From Chiloscyllium plagiosum (Eukaryota), in contig NW_025214746.1 in NCBI RefSeq assembly GCF_004010195.1, positions 1 through 50,000 on the forward strand: DNA of 50,000 nucleotides. The letters run 5' to 3'. The notes under the pieces are model-generated. The model was not told the DNA's origin. It did no database searches and worked only from the letters and a program-made list of their open reading frames with translations. A program made the translations under genes and the position numbers. This document shows, piece after piece, positions 34,853 through 49,189 of this stretch (the first letter of the stretch is position 1; each line of letters starts with the position of its first letter).

Positions 34853-35971
34853 AGAACATAGAATATAGAACAGTATGGCACAGTACAGGCCCTTCGGCCC
34901 TCGATGTCGTGCCAGTCTTTTATCTTACTCTAAGATCAGACTAACCTACATATTCTTCATTTTACTGTCATCTATGTGCCTATCCAAGAGTCGTTTAAAT
35001 GTCCCTGATGTATCTGACTCTATTACCACCATTCAACGCACCCACCACTGTCTGTGTAAAGACCTACCTCTGACATTTCCCCAAATCTGTCCTCCAATCA
35101 CCTTAAAATTATGTGTCTTTGTGATTATTCACTCTATCTATGCCTTTCATCATCTTGTAAATCTCTGTCAAGTCACCTCTCACCCTTCTTCGCTGCAATG
35201 AGAAGAGCCCTAGCTCCCTCAACCTTTCTTCATAAGATATGCCCTCCAGTCCAGGCAGCATCCTGATAAATCTCCTTTGTACCTTTTCTAAAGCTTCCAC
35301 ATCCTTCCCATAATGAGGTGACCAGAACTGAACACAATATTCCAAATGTGGTCTAACCAGGGCTGTATAGAGCTGCAGCATAACCTTGCGGTTCTTAAAC
35401 TCAATCCCCCTGCTAATGAAAGCCAACACACCATGTGCCTTCTTAACAACCCTCTCAACTTGGGTGGCACCTTTGAGGGATCTGTGGATGTGGATTCCAA
35501 GATCCCTCTGTTCCTCCACACTGACAATACTGCCTTTAACCGTGTAATCTACATTCAAATCTGACCTTCCAAAATAAATCACTTTACACTTTTTCAGGTT
35601 GAACTCTAACTGCTACTTCTCAGCCCAGCTCTGCATCTGTCAATGTCTTGTTGCAACGTACAACATCCCTCCACACTATCCACAACTCCTCCAACCTTCG
35701 TGCCATCAGCAAACTTACTAACCCACCCTTCCACTTCCTCATCCAAGTCATTTATAAAAATCACAAAGAGCAGCGGTGCCAGAATAGATCCCTGCGGAAC
35801 ACTGCTCATCACTGAGCTCCAGGTTGAATACTTTCCATCAGCTACCAGCCTCTGTCTTTTATGGGCCACTCAATTCTGTACACAGACAGCCAAATTTTCC
35901 TGTAGCCCATGCCTCCTTGCTTTCTGAATGAGCCTACCATGGGAACCTTATCAAATGGCTTGCTAAAATCC
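34853..35971 (-). mobile_element. Young CR1 LINE, RT to 3' end
   Basis: ORFs 35606-35869 (SVPQGSILAPLLFVIFINDLD..SKFADGTK) and 35109-35582. Confidence 0.95.
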
Positions 35972-37478
35972 TTGAAGGGAATTTAAAGCTCAAAAAGAAT
36001 TTTGCATTGACAGCATGTGGAATTTAGAGCAAATGCAGATCAGAAAAGACAAAGTTTGTGCGTAACTTGGTGCTGTATTGAATATGCAAAGCAGTTTTGA
36101 GAGAGTTGAAGTTTATGGATGGTGGGAGTGTGTTGAATTGGTCGGGTCTGGATATGGCTTTGGATAACGGCCTCAGCAACAAGTATGCTGGAGTGAGGCC
36201 GAGGTGGCTGTCGCCGGTTTTTGCACTAGAGAGAATATGAAATCTGATGAATGACTTGGGCTTGAATAAGAAATGAATTGCAAACAAAAATGTCTTGGTT
36301 AGCAAACAATGTTTGACAGATATTTATAAATTTATGCATCTGGAAGGAAATGTCTGTCTAAAACATTTTGGCAGTGCTTATTTGGCAGTCAAGTGTCTTC
36401 CCGTGTAAATCATTATTGTAAGATACCCACCAGCTTGTGTAGCAATGTTATGCAAAAAATATTTGAAGTTGCACGAAGGTTTACTGCAATAATTATAATT
36501 TTCTCAGAATGGCATTCTAGTATTCCTCAAACTAATTGAACTTTAATTGTCGTGCATGCTAAATATGAGACCACTCTAGGTTTAAGTGTGTTTAGACAAA
36601 GTTTGCCAATTTATTAAATTATCACAACAAGTACAATAGAAATGGCACTTAATCAAGTAGTGGACATTGCCACTCCAAAATGGAACACGAATCCTCAGTT
36701 GGCTGGGGTGCTGTTTCCTCCTCCTTTTCTGCACACCTGCAACTACCAAAATATTGCCCTTTATTAACTCCTTCCCAACCACAATAGATAGCATGATTAG
36801 AAATTTCTTTGAATGCTGATTTAATTCAGACATTGCATGAATAGATTCATAATTGACTGGGTGATGCCTACACAGGCACGTATAATCCATAATCAGTCTT
36901 GGTTTGAGTATATGTTCAATTCCTATTTCGTTTCTTTAAAGTGATGGTTATTTGAGTGTAATTACTTCCAAATGTTCCCTGAATCACTCTTTTCACAGGT
37001 TGATCATGTTATGAAATCAATCCTTTACTAAGACCAGATGCTGTAGGCGCTGAAGTAGGTCACTCAGCCTGATGAATCTGCTCTGTCATCATAAATGTTT
37101 GCCTTCCCACTATGTTTATGTCATCTCCAACCGTTGGTTATGGTACATGCACTTTCCTCATCCAAGCTATTAATATATATTGTGAATAACTGTGGCCCCA
37201 GCACTGATTCTTGTGGTACTCCATTTTTGAAAATGGCCCCCACATCCCAAACTCTGTCTTTTTATTAGTTAGCCAATCCTCTATCCATCCTAATGTCCTC
37301 CAACATCATGCGTTCAACTAGCCTAACATGCGGCATGTTAGAGCTTGTTTCTCTTAAGTTTAACCCTCAGATTCATGAGATGGTACCAGCAAAGCAATTA
37401 GTGTGTCTGTTAGTACATACAATGTTATCTTCTAGGGATTAACTATCATTCCAATGATCAACTCAGTCTATCAGTATC

Positions 37479-37652
37479 AAAGTGTGACACTGGAAGAACA
37501 CAGCAAATCAGGCAGCATCCGAAGAGCAGGCGAATCGACTTTTCAGGCATAAGCCTCTAATCGGGATGTTGCCTGACCTACTGTGCTTTTCCAGCGCCAC
37601 TCTTTTCGACTTTGATCTCCAGCATCTGCAGTCCTCACTTTCTCCTAAGCCA
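37479..37652. mobile_element. Palindromic Penelope-type element (family B)
   Basis: 9-bp TSD ATCAGTATC at 37470-37478 and 37653-37661; inverted arms; decayed hammerhead. Confidence 0.82.
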
Positions 37653-37919
37653 ATCAGTATCCTTTATTTAGAAAATCCATATATGATTCTACAATAATTG
37701 TTGATATTAAAGCAAATTCAAACTCAAAATAACCATACAAATTAATGCACATTGTCTCATGCATGCTTTTAAAATATAAAACTGAACTGTTTTTGAGCAT
37801 ATCTTTCTGAAACTTATTAATCTAAGTTTATATAATTGTGTCTGAAACAACAAAGCCCTAAACCTTCTATCTGATTTGGGCCAAATACCTTCTTCCTTAC
37901 AGAGAATGTTTCAACAACT

Positions 37920-38410
37920 TTCAGAATACTGTATTTAATTCTGGTCCACCTGCTGTAGGAACAATGTTGTTAAACTGAAAAGGTTGCAAAAAAGATTTAC
38001 ATGGATGTTGCTAGGGTTAGAGGGTATGACCTTTCGGGAGGAGGCTGAATAGGCCGGGGCTATTTTCCCTAGAGCATCAGAGGCTGAGGGGTGACCTTCT
38101 AGAAGTTTATAAAATTACGAGGGGCATGGAATAGGGTGAATGGCCGAGGTCTTTTTCTCAGGGTAAGGGAGTCCAAAGCTAAAGGATGTTGGTTTAAGGT
38201 GAGAGGGGAAAGATTTAAAAGGGACACAAGTGCAACGTTTTCATGCAGAGCGTGTGTATGTGGATTGAGCTGCCAGAGGAAGTGGTGGAGGCTGATACAA
38301 TTACAACATTTAAAAGGCATCTGGATGAGTAAGTGAATAGGCAGGATTTAGAGGGATATGGGCCAAATGCTGGCAAATGGGATTAGATTAATTTAGGATA
38401 TCTGGTTGGT
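37920..38410 (+). mobile_element. CR1 3' fragment
   Basis: Same subfamily as 31850-32330 (GAGGCTGAGGGGTGACC, GAGCTGCCAGAGGAAGTGGTGGAGGC). Confidence 0.9.
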
Positions 38411-41400
38411 ATCTGATTTAGTGACGAATGGAGGTTGTTGAGAATGCAGCTGAAGCTGTTTGGATCAAGCACCCTCCCCTGAGAAACTCCTGAAATGATA
38501 CCCTGGGGCTAAGGTGATTAGCCTCTGACAGATCCATCCATCAATTTTTTTATATTTGCTATGGAACTGGGTAGTAAGAACAGTTTATCTCCAAACGTGC
38601 AGAAAATACTTGGATTTTAATTGAGTTTGAATGTATTATCATCTGACTACTATTTCAAATTTACGGTTTGTTATTTGAGACTTATGAAATGTGCAATCTG
38701 TTTCAGGATGTCTTTCTTATAAAGTGATGTTTCATAAATGTATGTCTGTAAGCTAATTGCAGAGCTATCTTTATCCCCTATAGTTTGCACATATTTGAAA
38801 ATTTTAGAATCAAGCACCAATGTAATTGCTGTGATATTTTGTCCCTTTTAGTTTGTGATAGACTTTACAACAATTTCAATCTGACATATCAATTTAAAAC
38901 TATATTATGTCTAACTTGTAATCAGATCATTGGAATTTTATTAGATCTCAGTTGATTTTCCAATTTACAAGAGAGGATTTAGGATGAAGTGGATCAAGTA
39001 GATCATGTGATAAGTGGGGAAACATTTATGGGATAATGATAATTGTATTGTAAGGTTTAGAGTGATGGTGCAAAATAAAATTAGTCAGTGCTGAGAGAGT
39101 AATCAACTGATGGAAAACTGACTTCATTGAATCAAAAACCGAACTGGATGATATAGGTTTAGAACCAAAGATTGGTGGGAAAAAGAAATAATAGCTGAAC
39201 AGGAGGTTACTGTTGAAGAGGAGATGGCTCAGACCCCATTGAGGTTTGTTACCTCATAAGTGGGAGGGGAAACAAATCCAGATCTCCCTGATGACAAAGC
39301 AGACAGAAATTAAGTTAAAGAAGAAAAAGCTGTGCTTACGCTAAATATCGGGCAGTAAACAAGATTGAGAACCATGCCGAATACAGAATGTTCAGAACAG
39401 AAATGCAAAAGCAAGTTCGAAAAACAAAATGGGATCATGAAAAATATTGGAAAGGGGAATCTCCGAGTTTTTTTTAAATAAGCGTTTATAAGTAAAGATT
39501 AATTAATGGAGGAGTAAGGTCCAATATGGTGATTTCCAGTTGGGAGTTCGAGGTATAGCTGAGGTGTTAAACGAAAACTTTGTCTTGTAGATAAAAACAG
39601 ATGCAATGACGTTACCACTATACCTCTTCCCGCTTCCCACACCCACCCCACCCCATGGAAAAAGTTTTAAAATTGGTTTGTATTTTTACTGTATTTATAT
39701 TTTGTTTGCTTAATATTTCCTTTTTAATCTTTCAGTTGCTTTTATTTTTATAATTCATGTTTTTATTTTTAATCAGAAGTCAAATGGGTTCATTAACTGA
39801 ATTGCGAATTGCATAGCCAAAAAGGAAATTCTTATCGAGTTGGTTTAGTTGCAATTGTGGAGTTTTCTGTCAGGAGGCAGAACAAATTTTGTGCAGCTAC
39901 TCTATTTCTCAAGCATTTAATCCCTTATAATTTTTCTGTTCAGAAGCTTAAGATGATAAAATTATGAAAATAAAAGTTCAATTTTAAATAGTAGAAGTAA
40001 TGGTTTACTTTTAAAGTTAGTGTTTTCTTTAATATGCAATTTATATGCTTTATTTTTGAAAAAAAATGTCATCTTTTTAACGTTTTAAGTTAATGGATTA
40101 TTACTGTGATTCTATTGGTAAAATATCAGAAGTAAATACCCGAAATAAAACCTGACTCACTCCTCATTTCTTCCTGCTCTCTCTCCTCCACATCCCCTGT
40201 TCATCAACTTGAGTGTATGACTATTACTACAGAAACCTTCCCATTGGTTTTCCATGAAGTCACCCTGTACACGTCAGCTTGGATAATTACCATCTCTCTC
40301 TTAGTCGACTGGTGATGTCACAGATGGACCTGTCAAATCCAAACACTGACCATGGTTATTTGTTTCTGATTGGGATTTTTTTAAAACTTGCCCCCACTTG
40401 GACACTGATTCCAAACTGTTTAGGACATAAATATGATGTTTGAATAAGTGAATAATTGTATAGACGATAACTCATGACACAATCTTTAGCTGTAATAGTA
40501 TAAAAATCATGGTTGGGTTCCTATCATATCCTCCTGTCTTCAACATCACCTCCACTGCTGCTTTATTGTTACATTGTATGGGTCCTGATTACCTTGCAGC
40601 TAAGTTCATACGTGATATGATTTTTCTGTTAAGACCAGGTAGGTAGAAAGTTGATTCTGAATGATTTGACTGACTACATTTGGTGGGTAAAATTGTCTTT
40701 CATCAGCGCATGTAGTTTTTCAAGTTGTTTGGCTTTGTAATGAACATTATGTTGATATAATTAAAGAATGTGTTAAACCCATATTTTAGGGACACAATCA
40801 ATCCTCTCCTATTCAAAAATAGATTCACTGTTATTAAACACACAAACCTCTTCCTAGTTTCTGAACTATGTGTTGCTGGGAAACTAGCGATGCGTTTTTT
40901 CTTGACAGTGGGGGAAGCATTGCTTTCTGCATTATTGAAGCATATCGTTTTTTAAATTATAACTGTTTTTAAGTGTCTTATATAAAGTAAATGCTCTGGG
41001 CAAGTGTCTTTTTTATGATATTAAGAACATATTTGAAGTCAGATTGAAAAGGTATCTTGTGTATTGTTCATTATCCATATTAATGTTTAGACCTCTACTG
41101 CAGTTCATGAAGAGGCTAACTAGTCAAATGTGGGTTAAGAAACAGTACTTACGTTTTAATTCACACGCAGATTCCCAAAAAGATGATCTGATGTAGTGTA
41201 CCAGTATAAGCACTAATATTGCCTTTGACCATGCAGCTGTTTAATATTGAGGTCAGAAGAGTCTGGAATAGATAATGAAGCTGACATTTTATTTGTCAAA
41301 GGAAATTGATGACAGCTGTTCGAGCCGTCCTGCTAACGCCTCCCGTGAGATGCTTGAGGCAGACTCTTTCTGTGGGTTTTAATAGCAATAGAGATTGCCT

Positions 41401-42009
41401 ATTACTTCCCGTTTTTGTTTGATAGTGCCTTTGTCATTAAAGACTTTGAAACAGAGTTACAATATCTTTCCACCATTAGGGTCATCTTGAATATTCCGTT
41501 TAGACTCTGACACATACACTCCAACATATCACGAGTATTTGTTTTAATGCTCAGTGGACAATGTGTGCTTAGGCTCCTAGCACGTGGGAGCATGATTGAT
41601 CATTGTCTGGATTGATTGCAAATAGAATTTGTTGAAGGAGAGGAGGTGATTGCGATTGCTAAAGGGCAGGATGATGAGAAGACTAATCTGCAAAAAAATT
41701 TGTGCTTGTAAGAGATAGTTGTACATTTTCGCATAGGAGTGAGTGAACTAAAATGCACTAAATGTAATGTAAAGAGAGTAGAACATATAATGGACAAAAG
41801 ATCAGAAATTTGCAGTCTTTTCAGAGGTGTTTCTGATGTCATTTTGAAAAGAAATGGGGGTCACCAGATAATAGAGCAGTGATGTGTACTGTTGAAAGTG
41901 GCACCTCTGATTGGCAGCTAAGGGTAGAGAATGGCTCTATTTATATTGAAGCATACTTTGGAGTGTTTGTTGAAGACATTTTCCTCATTTTTTTTATTCT
42001 TTAATCTAG

Positions 42010-42156
42010 ATAAGAATTTTGATGAAGATGATTCGGTGGATGGAAATAGGCCATCTTCTGCTAGCTCCACGTCTTCAAAAGCTCCCAGTTCACGGCGTAT
42101 GGTTGGTACCAGTCGTAGACCAGGATCATCTGCAGTTGGCTTGAGGACTGGTACAG
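42010..42156 (+). CDS. CLASP1: CLASP1 internal coding exon (linker after TOG1), 147 nt, phase 1 to phase 1
   Basis: Acceptor ttttattctttaatctAG and donor CAG|GTAACA. Translates to (D)KNFDEDDSVDGNRPSSASSTSSKAPSSRRMVGTSRRPGSSAVGLRTGT, matching recalled CLASP1 DKNFDDEDSVDGNRPSSASSTSSKAPPSSRR better than CLASP2 DKSFDDEESVDGNRPSSAASAFK. Confidence 0.95.
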
Positions 42157-43044
42157 GTAACAATATCTGATATACATTCATCTGATGTATAAATTGCTAT
42201 GTGTTTTTACATTGTTTACCCTGTTTTCACTTCAAGCATAAAAATAAATTAGAGCACAACAAAGTCTATTCCTTTAATTGGTCCGTAACTCTTCATGCAA
42301 TCTGTTTTGAAAGCATTTGTTCAAGATATTCGACTACCTGTTAATCTCTTTCATTAACCAGATGTGCAATAAAATTCTGCAGATGGTATTCTTAAACTTG
42401 TAGTCAGTAGTGTCAGTGAAAAATCAATGTAGAATAAAATCTAAACTTTCAGATTTCTTTTACACAGAATTAGTAGAGTCATGCAAGTTATTTTATATTT
42501 TTTCCACAGATTATATTTGTTTGAAACTTGATATGCTATATTTATTGCTCTCTCTACTCCCAAAAGGAATCTATCCTTTTAAAAGAGAGTGGAAATTCTG
42601 GGTGTGGCTGACACTTTGTCACTTTGTCATGTTGTCATTTCTGCCTTTTAGGAAAGGGATGATATTTTGAAATGTTGTAGTCTGGAAGCTGTAATAGTGG
42701 CCAGGTTTTAATTCAAAGTTGTATACTTTGAATTCTGAAGAAGTGCAAGAGTTAAAAGCCCCTATCATTGATAATAGTCAGATTTTTAACTCAGGCAGTC
42801 TCCAGGTTGCAAATAGGCGTCTGTTCACAAGTTGAGCACACTGCAGGACAATGGATAGCTGCCATTTGTAAGCACAGGCAATGTTTAAATGTCAGATCTT
42901 CAACATACAACACCATATATGGAATTGTGCTCATAAGTACTTGTATGAGCATTCATAATTCGATTGTTTGTAAATTGGGAACCACTGTGATCAAATTCGG
43001 ATGCAGATCTTGTTTTTAAATCTCTGCCATCAGTAAATTAAGGG

Positions 43045-44740
43045 TCATAGAATTATACAGTCCAGAAAGGGCCATTCGGCCCATCAAGTTTATATTGCCA
43101 AAAGTCTATCAATACCCCATAAAAACCAAAAGAACTATGGCTGCTGTAAATCAGAAGCAAAAACAAAATTTGCTGGAAACACTCAGCGGATCTGGCAGCA
43201 TCTGTGAATAGAAATCAGAGTTAGTGTTTAGGGTCCAATGACCCTTCCTCAAAACTGATGGTAGCTGGGAAAATGTATAAACTGACATCTTTCTAGCTAC
43301 CATCACTTTTGAGGAAGAGTCACTGGACCCGAAATGGTAGCTGTTTTCTCTTCACCAGTACTCCATTAGTCTCATAGCCTTGAATATTGTGGCTCTTCAA
43401 GTGCTCATCCAGTACTGTTTAAAGATTGTGAGGTTTCCTGCCTCAACTACCATCTCAGTCATCCAGACCATCCCCCTGGGTTTAAAAAAGAACTTTTCCT
43501 CAAATCCCCTCTAAGCAACAAGAAAGACAAGCATCCTCTATGGCTTCTTAAATTCCCTATCGACCTGTTGTACCATCTTCAGTAATCCAGACAAGTACCC
43601 TGAGATCCCTCTGTTCCTTTGGCCTTCTTACTTCTTGCCATTCATTGAGTACTACCTTGTCTTGTTCTTCTTTCCAAAGTGCACCTCACATTTATCAGTG
43701 TGAAATTCAATCTGCCACTGATCTGCCCACCTTACCACTCTGTTTGCACCGTCCTGCTTCCACCCCACTGTCAACCACCTAGCCAATTACTTATTTCTCT
43801 TACAAAAGATTGCACGCGCACAATTTTAATAAAGGATCACGAGTTGATATCTGTGGTACACCGTTGCACACCAGTTACAAATATCCTTTTATTGCCACCC
43901 TCTGTCTTCTGTCATTCAGCCAATTTTAGATACAGTGAGATTTTATCTTCTTTATCAGATTCCCATGTAGGACCTTGTCAAATATCTTGTTGAAATTCAT
44001 ATAAACTATGTTAACTGTCCCACCCTCACCCAACACTTCGTTGCCTCTGCCAAAAAATCCATTTGATTTGTTAGGAATGACCTCGCTCTGACAAGGCATT
44101 GCTGACTCTTTCTGATCAAACTTTGCCTTTATAGATGGAGATAAATTTTCTCATTCTCTATTTTCTCATTCTCTATTTTCTCTAATAGTTTCCCTATCAC
44201 TAATGTTATACTCTTTGGTCTACAGTTTCCTGATTCTCTACCACCCATCTCGTGCCTCATTAGTTGTCCTCTGGTACCTCCTCTGTAACCAGAGTTGATT
44301 TAAAAATTTGGGTTGGGGCCCTTAATATCCTCCCTTGTCTTCCACAGCAGTCTGCGATACAAAACATTGGATCTGGGGATTTGTCTACTTTTAAGTCTGT
44401 CAAAATCTCCAATACCTCCTTGCTGCTTGTGTCAATCTATTCAAGCATGTCAAAGTCATTTAATCGAATTCTGTGCTTGCATCTTCCGTCTCCCAAAAAA
44501 AAAGACACATGTGAAGAACTCATTTAACACTCTACCAATGTTCTCTGGCTTAACCTGGTTATTCTCACCCCCTTTTGTACCTGTAACCTACCTTGGAATT
44601 CTCCCTAATTTTATCTCAATCCCTTCTTTGCTCTATTAATTGCTTTTTCAGGTTCCCCCATGCATTTTCTGTATTCCTGTAGGATCTCCATTGTTTTGCT
44701 CCCTTTGTAACTGTTGAGCATCTCTCTTCCATTTTGTTCA
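43045..44740 (-). mobile_element. Old CR1 LINE relic
   Basis: Tail GTCATAGAAT..GGCCATTCGGCCCATCAAG and RT relic TTTCCAAAGTGCACCTCACATTTATC. Confidence 0.7.
43120..43358. mobile_element. Palindromic Penelope-type element (family D) with decayed hammerheads
   Basis: Fold-back from about 43226 to 43335. Plus arm TTGAGGAAGAGTCACTGGACCCGAAATGGTAG is a decayed CTGAnGA-stem-GAAA. Confidence 0.75.
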
Positions 44741-45331
44741 CTTCTAAATATCATTAGGAGGTGGAGCTTGTGATGTGTAATCTATAATGCTTCATTCCTG
44801 TAAGTAACTAGAAATACATATATTTGATTACAGATTAATTATATCTATAAACCTATATAAGTGCCTGTTACGTATATAGTCCCAACTGGTTTTCTTAAAT
44901 CACCAAATTAAAGTACTCTGGATGATATATCACCCAACCAACATTTTGCATACAGTACTGGAATGAACAAATGTTAGAGATGTTGTTAACTGCAGCAAGT
45001 GAAATATCTCCAGCATTTGTTTGCATAGTCATACTTCAGTTAACATTTCTGAGCCACTGCCGCAGCCAGACAATGACTCAGTATTTTTCACACTGAGTTC
45101 TTAAATCATGTTTGAATTTACAATGCAGCATTGACATTTCTGATTAGACAGGGTTCAAATTGCTTTTGTGAATCTCGTAGGAACTTCAAAATATTTTCAG
45201 CAATAATCATAAGATGCTGTTGTTTGGTGTATGTTAAGAAATTCAGGATGTTTGTTGAGAATAGATGAGGTTTAGGAGCTCTTTAAGTTTCCTGACTGTT
45301 AGTGGGTGAATTGAACTGTTTAAAAGCCTCA

Positions 45332-46235
45332 AGAGCATAAGATATAAAGGAGTAGAATTTGGATATTTGGCTAATTGAATCTGCTGTGCCATTTGATGAT
45401 GATTGAAATGATTCTCATACCTATTCTCTTACCTTCTCCCCATAACCCTTGATCCCTTTATAAGTCAAGAATCTATTTGTGTTTTAAATACACTTAGTGA
45501 CTTGACCTCCACAGCCATCTACGGCAATTAGTTCCACAAATGAATTGCCCTCTGGTTGAAAAAATGCTGCTTCTTCTCAGTTCCAGTGGGCAGTGCCTTC
45601 ATTCTGAGACTGTGCACTTGTCCTAGTCTCTCCTACTAGCGGAAACACCATCTCCATGTCCACTGTATCCAGGCCTCTCCATCCTGTTAAGGTTCAATCA
45701 GATCCCCCTTCTTATCCTTCTAAACTACATCAAATGATGTAGAGTCAGAGTCCTGAACACCACCTCCTATGTCAAGCCCTTCATCTCCAGGATTCCTCTC
45801 TTGTAAACCTCCTCTGGACTCATTTCAACACCAACACTTCCTTCCTTAGACGTGGAACCTAAAACCGCTCACAATATTTCAAATGTGGGTCTGATTCGAG
45901 CCTTATACAAGCTCAGCAGTATATCTCTGCTCTTGTATCCAACCTTCTTGAAATGAATGCTAACATTGCATTTGCCTTCCTTGCCAACTGAACCTGATCT
46001 TAACTGTAAGAGAATCCTGAACTGGGTCTACTAAGTCCCTTTGTGCTTAGGGTTTCTGAAGCCTTTCCTATTTAGAAAATAACCTGCACCTATCTTCCTA
46101 CTAAAGTGCATAACCTCACACTTGCCCATATTGTATTCCATCTACCACTCTGCTAGCCTGTTCAAGTCTTTCTGCAGCCTTCCCTCTTCCTCAACATCAC
46201 CTGTCCCTTCACCTATCTTTGTGTCAACTGCATCA
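45332..46235 (-). mobile_element. CR1 3' fragment (same subfamily as 9358)
   Basis: AGAGCATAAGATATAAAGGAGTAGAA tail and colinear similarity to 9360-10080. Confidence 0.85.
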
Positions 46236-46589
46236 TGCACTGTAAATTTAATGATCACCGAGCTTCCAATTTGTCTGGCTTTGACCACATTGAATAAGTG
46301 TTTAACAAATAGCAAAATGTCATAGATACTTGACTGGAATAAAAACAGAAGTGGCGAACTTTTAAGCTTTCTGCTTTTTCCATTAAGATTTGGAAATGTG
46401 TATTTTAAAATAAAGTTTTACATTCACTTATCTACTGATATGCTATCCATGGCTCCGTGTGGATATTACGATTCCCTCATAGACTCATCCAGCCTGATGC
46501 ATGACCATTTGTGGCAAATAGGAGAGTTACAGGGTAGTAGAAGCTGCATTTTCTAATATCTGCATAAATGTGTGCCCCTTTTCCTTGTA

Positions 46590-47275
46590 GATAATGAGGA
46601 TTTGGTGTACCATGCTTTAAGTAAAGTTAGTGTACAGCTGTTTAGGGATCAGCTAACTGGATCTAACTTGAGATTTTCCTGATTAATTATTTCTTGCCTT
46701 GAAGAGATTTACTTATTGGGGAGATCATTGATGAGACCACATGTCTAATACCGTGTCCTGTTTCAGTGGTCTTATTTGAGGAAGAAAACTAATGAATCAG
46801 TGGTGCTTCAGAGGAAGTTTAGTTGGTTGATGGGAAGTTTAGTGGGATGAGTGGGCTGTCTAATAAAGAAAGTATTATAATGGGCATGTTTCCGTTGGAG
46901 TTTAAATGAATGAGGTATGACTTTATTGAACAGGAAATAAGATCCTGAGTTGTCTTTTCAAGGTGAATGTAGAAAAGTTGTTTCCTCTTGTGGGTGAGTC
47001 CAAAAATAGGCTGCACTATTTAACAATTAACGGTCACCCTCTCAGGACAGAAATGCTTTTCACTGACTGAAATTCTCTGGTTCCAAAGGCAATAGAGATA
47101 GTCACTGAATTATTTTTAAGGCAGAGGTAGACATATCTTTGTTTGTCAAGGGAATCAAAGGTTATTGGGGGTAGATGGGAATGTGGAATTTGAAGCACAA
47201 AAATGTTACTGAATGGCAGAGTGGCTTGAGAGAAGGAGTGACCTACATTTCCTCAGTTGGTATTTGTTGTATTCC
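46590..47275 (+). mobile_element. Old CR1 relic
   Basis: CATTGATGAGACCACAT, GTTTCCTCTTGTGGGTGAGTCC, and TTTTTAAGGCAGAGGTAGACA. Confidence 0.7.
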
Positions 47276-48038
47276 TACAGTTTGTCCATTATACATAGAA
47301 TGTGAAAGTGAGACATTTGAAAAATAAACCTGATACTTTAGCATTTTAGTAGATGCTATAATCTAAAATTACGTAATTTTATTTTTGCCAGTCATGGTAC
47401 AATATTTTCCAGAAGATTAAATGACACACATTAAATAAGACGAGCAATGAGTTAAAAGACTGTCTGATCTTTACAACCTTCAAAACCCTTGTCACTTCAA
47501 AGGTAAATGTAAAACTAAATAGAACACAGGCAATTATAGTCGGGCAGTAGGCGGCTAGAAGATTTCTATGAAACCCACCAATTGAAGCTTAACTTGAAGA
47601 ACCATGCTGGTCTTGATTAATGTTGTCATACTGTATACAAAAGATAAATATTATATCAGCTCTGTCTCAGCGAGACATAGGTCCAACTCTCACTTTAAGA
47701 TATTCCATATAATGGCCTTCACTGAACGAATTATTAGTTGTGTTCCACGTGTCCACTGACCTTTGGGGGAAAGAACCAATCTTGTAACATGTAACCTGGC
47801 TCTGATCATGCACACTTCAAAATTGTGACCCTTATCTTCCCTAGCCTATTCAGTTGAAGTAAACTGCTACATTTGAATTCCTGCCACCAGAATCCTTCAA
47901 CATAGGAATCTCCATATGTAAAACAGCACCCTCACCATCATTTTTTTTGAACGTTTGATGAAATGGAACAAATAAAATAAACATGGACTTGTTATTTATA
48001 ATTTTGAATGCTGTAAATTTATGCCCCTTTGTTACTTC

Positions 48039-48872
48039 TGTTATTAGTGTTAAGTACAGTCCATGTAACATGTGATTTTGTTTTTTTTGTATAGCATTTC
48101 TTAAAATGAGTTTGGATTTTAAACTAGTGGCATTTGAATGTTGGGTTTTTTTTTGGTGAAAGGTTTTAAGAATTAACTAGATCAGTTTTTGAGAAGCTGT
48201 AATTTTTAAACTAGTATGGAACTCCTGGGGTGTTAATGGAAGTTTGTTTATATTCAACAAAATATTAAACTGTTGGCATAGCAGAGTCTCTGATGAGCAA
48301 GTTGTTTTTTTAATGTAGTTTAAAAACCTTTAGGTTTAATTTGAAGGGGTTCTGAAGTCAGATGCAAGTTTTATTTCTCAGAGAAAAAGGAGATTGTTCA
48401 GTGTAGTTAAGAAAGTAAATTACCTCAGTGGAAAAGTGCTGTTTGCGAAATCTTCCATACTAGTAGTGTTTATCTAGAAACTTGTATTGGTTATTCAAAG
48501 CTGAGAAGGTCTAAGATCTTAGTTGTGTGAACCAAAGAAAAAGACTTCACTGCATATAGGTCCAGAACTGAAAAGCAGTAGTTGTTTTTGAGTAAGTATA
48601 TGTGATGGTGTAGGGGAATAGATGGGATTATTTTGCCACCTGTTTTGAAAATTTTCAAACAATTATAGATGAATAGCTTGGTTTATTTTATTTTTGTTTC
48701 TTTTGTGCAGTAAACTTATGTTTTATAGTTAAACACAAGGCTGCCGATTTGGTTTTATGTTGCAGTGGAAAACCACCAAGTTAAATTAAAACTAAAATAA
48801 TATATGATTATCAAGCGAGATTTCATTTTGGAATCTGACTTGTCTGATAGTAACATTGGCTGAAACATAACA
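48039..48872 (+). mobile_element. Probable decayed solo LTR (834 bp)
   Basis: Inverted termini TGTTAT and ATAACA; flanks CTTC and ATTC (3 of 4 match); AGTAAA at 48709. Confidence 0.45.
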
Positions 48873-49189
48873 ATTCAACTTCAGGTTTTTTTTGTGAAAT
48901 TAAGTTGTTAAACCACAGAAATACAAAATTGAGGTGATTTGTTTCGTAAATATTAGTTTCTATAATCTTTCTTAACCCCCTGCAGATAAATAAAGTGGGA
49001 GGTAAAAATCTGTTAGATGGCATATTGTTTAACCATATCCTCAGTTACGGAGAAGTTTAAAGATGTAAAAACATTCTTTTTGGTAAAATCACTTCAATTG
49101 GCATGTAAACTTACTGGTCTCAGCTAATACGTAGTGTACCTTCTGTTTGTAACAGAGCAATGCCTGACATATTTTAGATTCATAATTGT

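Noticed and set aside
40617..40644. ATG...CAG|GTAGGT phase-1 mini exon (MIFLLRP-D)
   Set aside because: No resemblance to known CLASP starts and no other support. Such ATG/donor pairs arise by chance in a 26-kb intron.
41330..41341. CTGCTAACGCCT matches a 12-mer of U4atac snRNA, whose human gene lies in a CLASP1 intron
   Set aside because: No U4atac 5' end, 5' stem-loop or Sm site nearby. The human gene is in an earlier intron and antisense. A 12-mer match is expected by chance in 50 kb.
46591..46620. Possible 30-nt frame-preserving microexon (DNEDLVYHAL) with a good acceptor and upstream UGC
   Set aside because: The donor TAA|GTAAAG is weak, and the sequence reads as the start of a decayed CR1 (RDLGV region).
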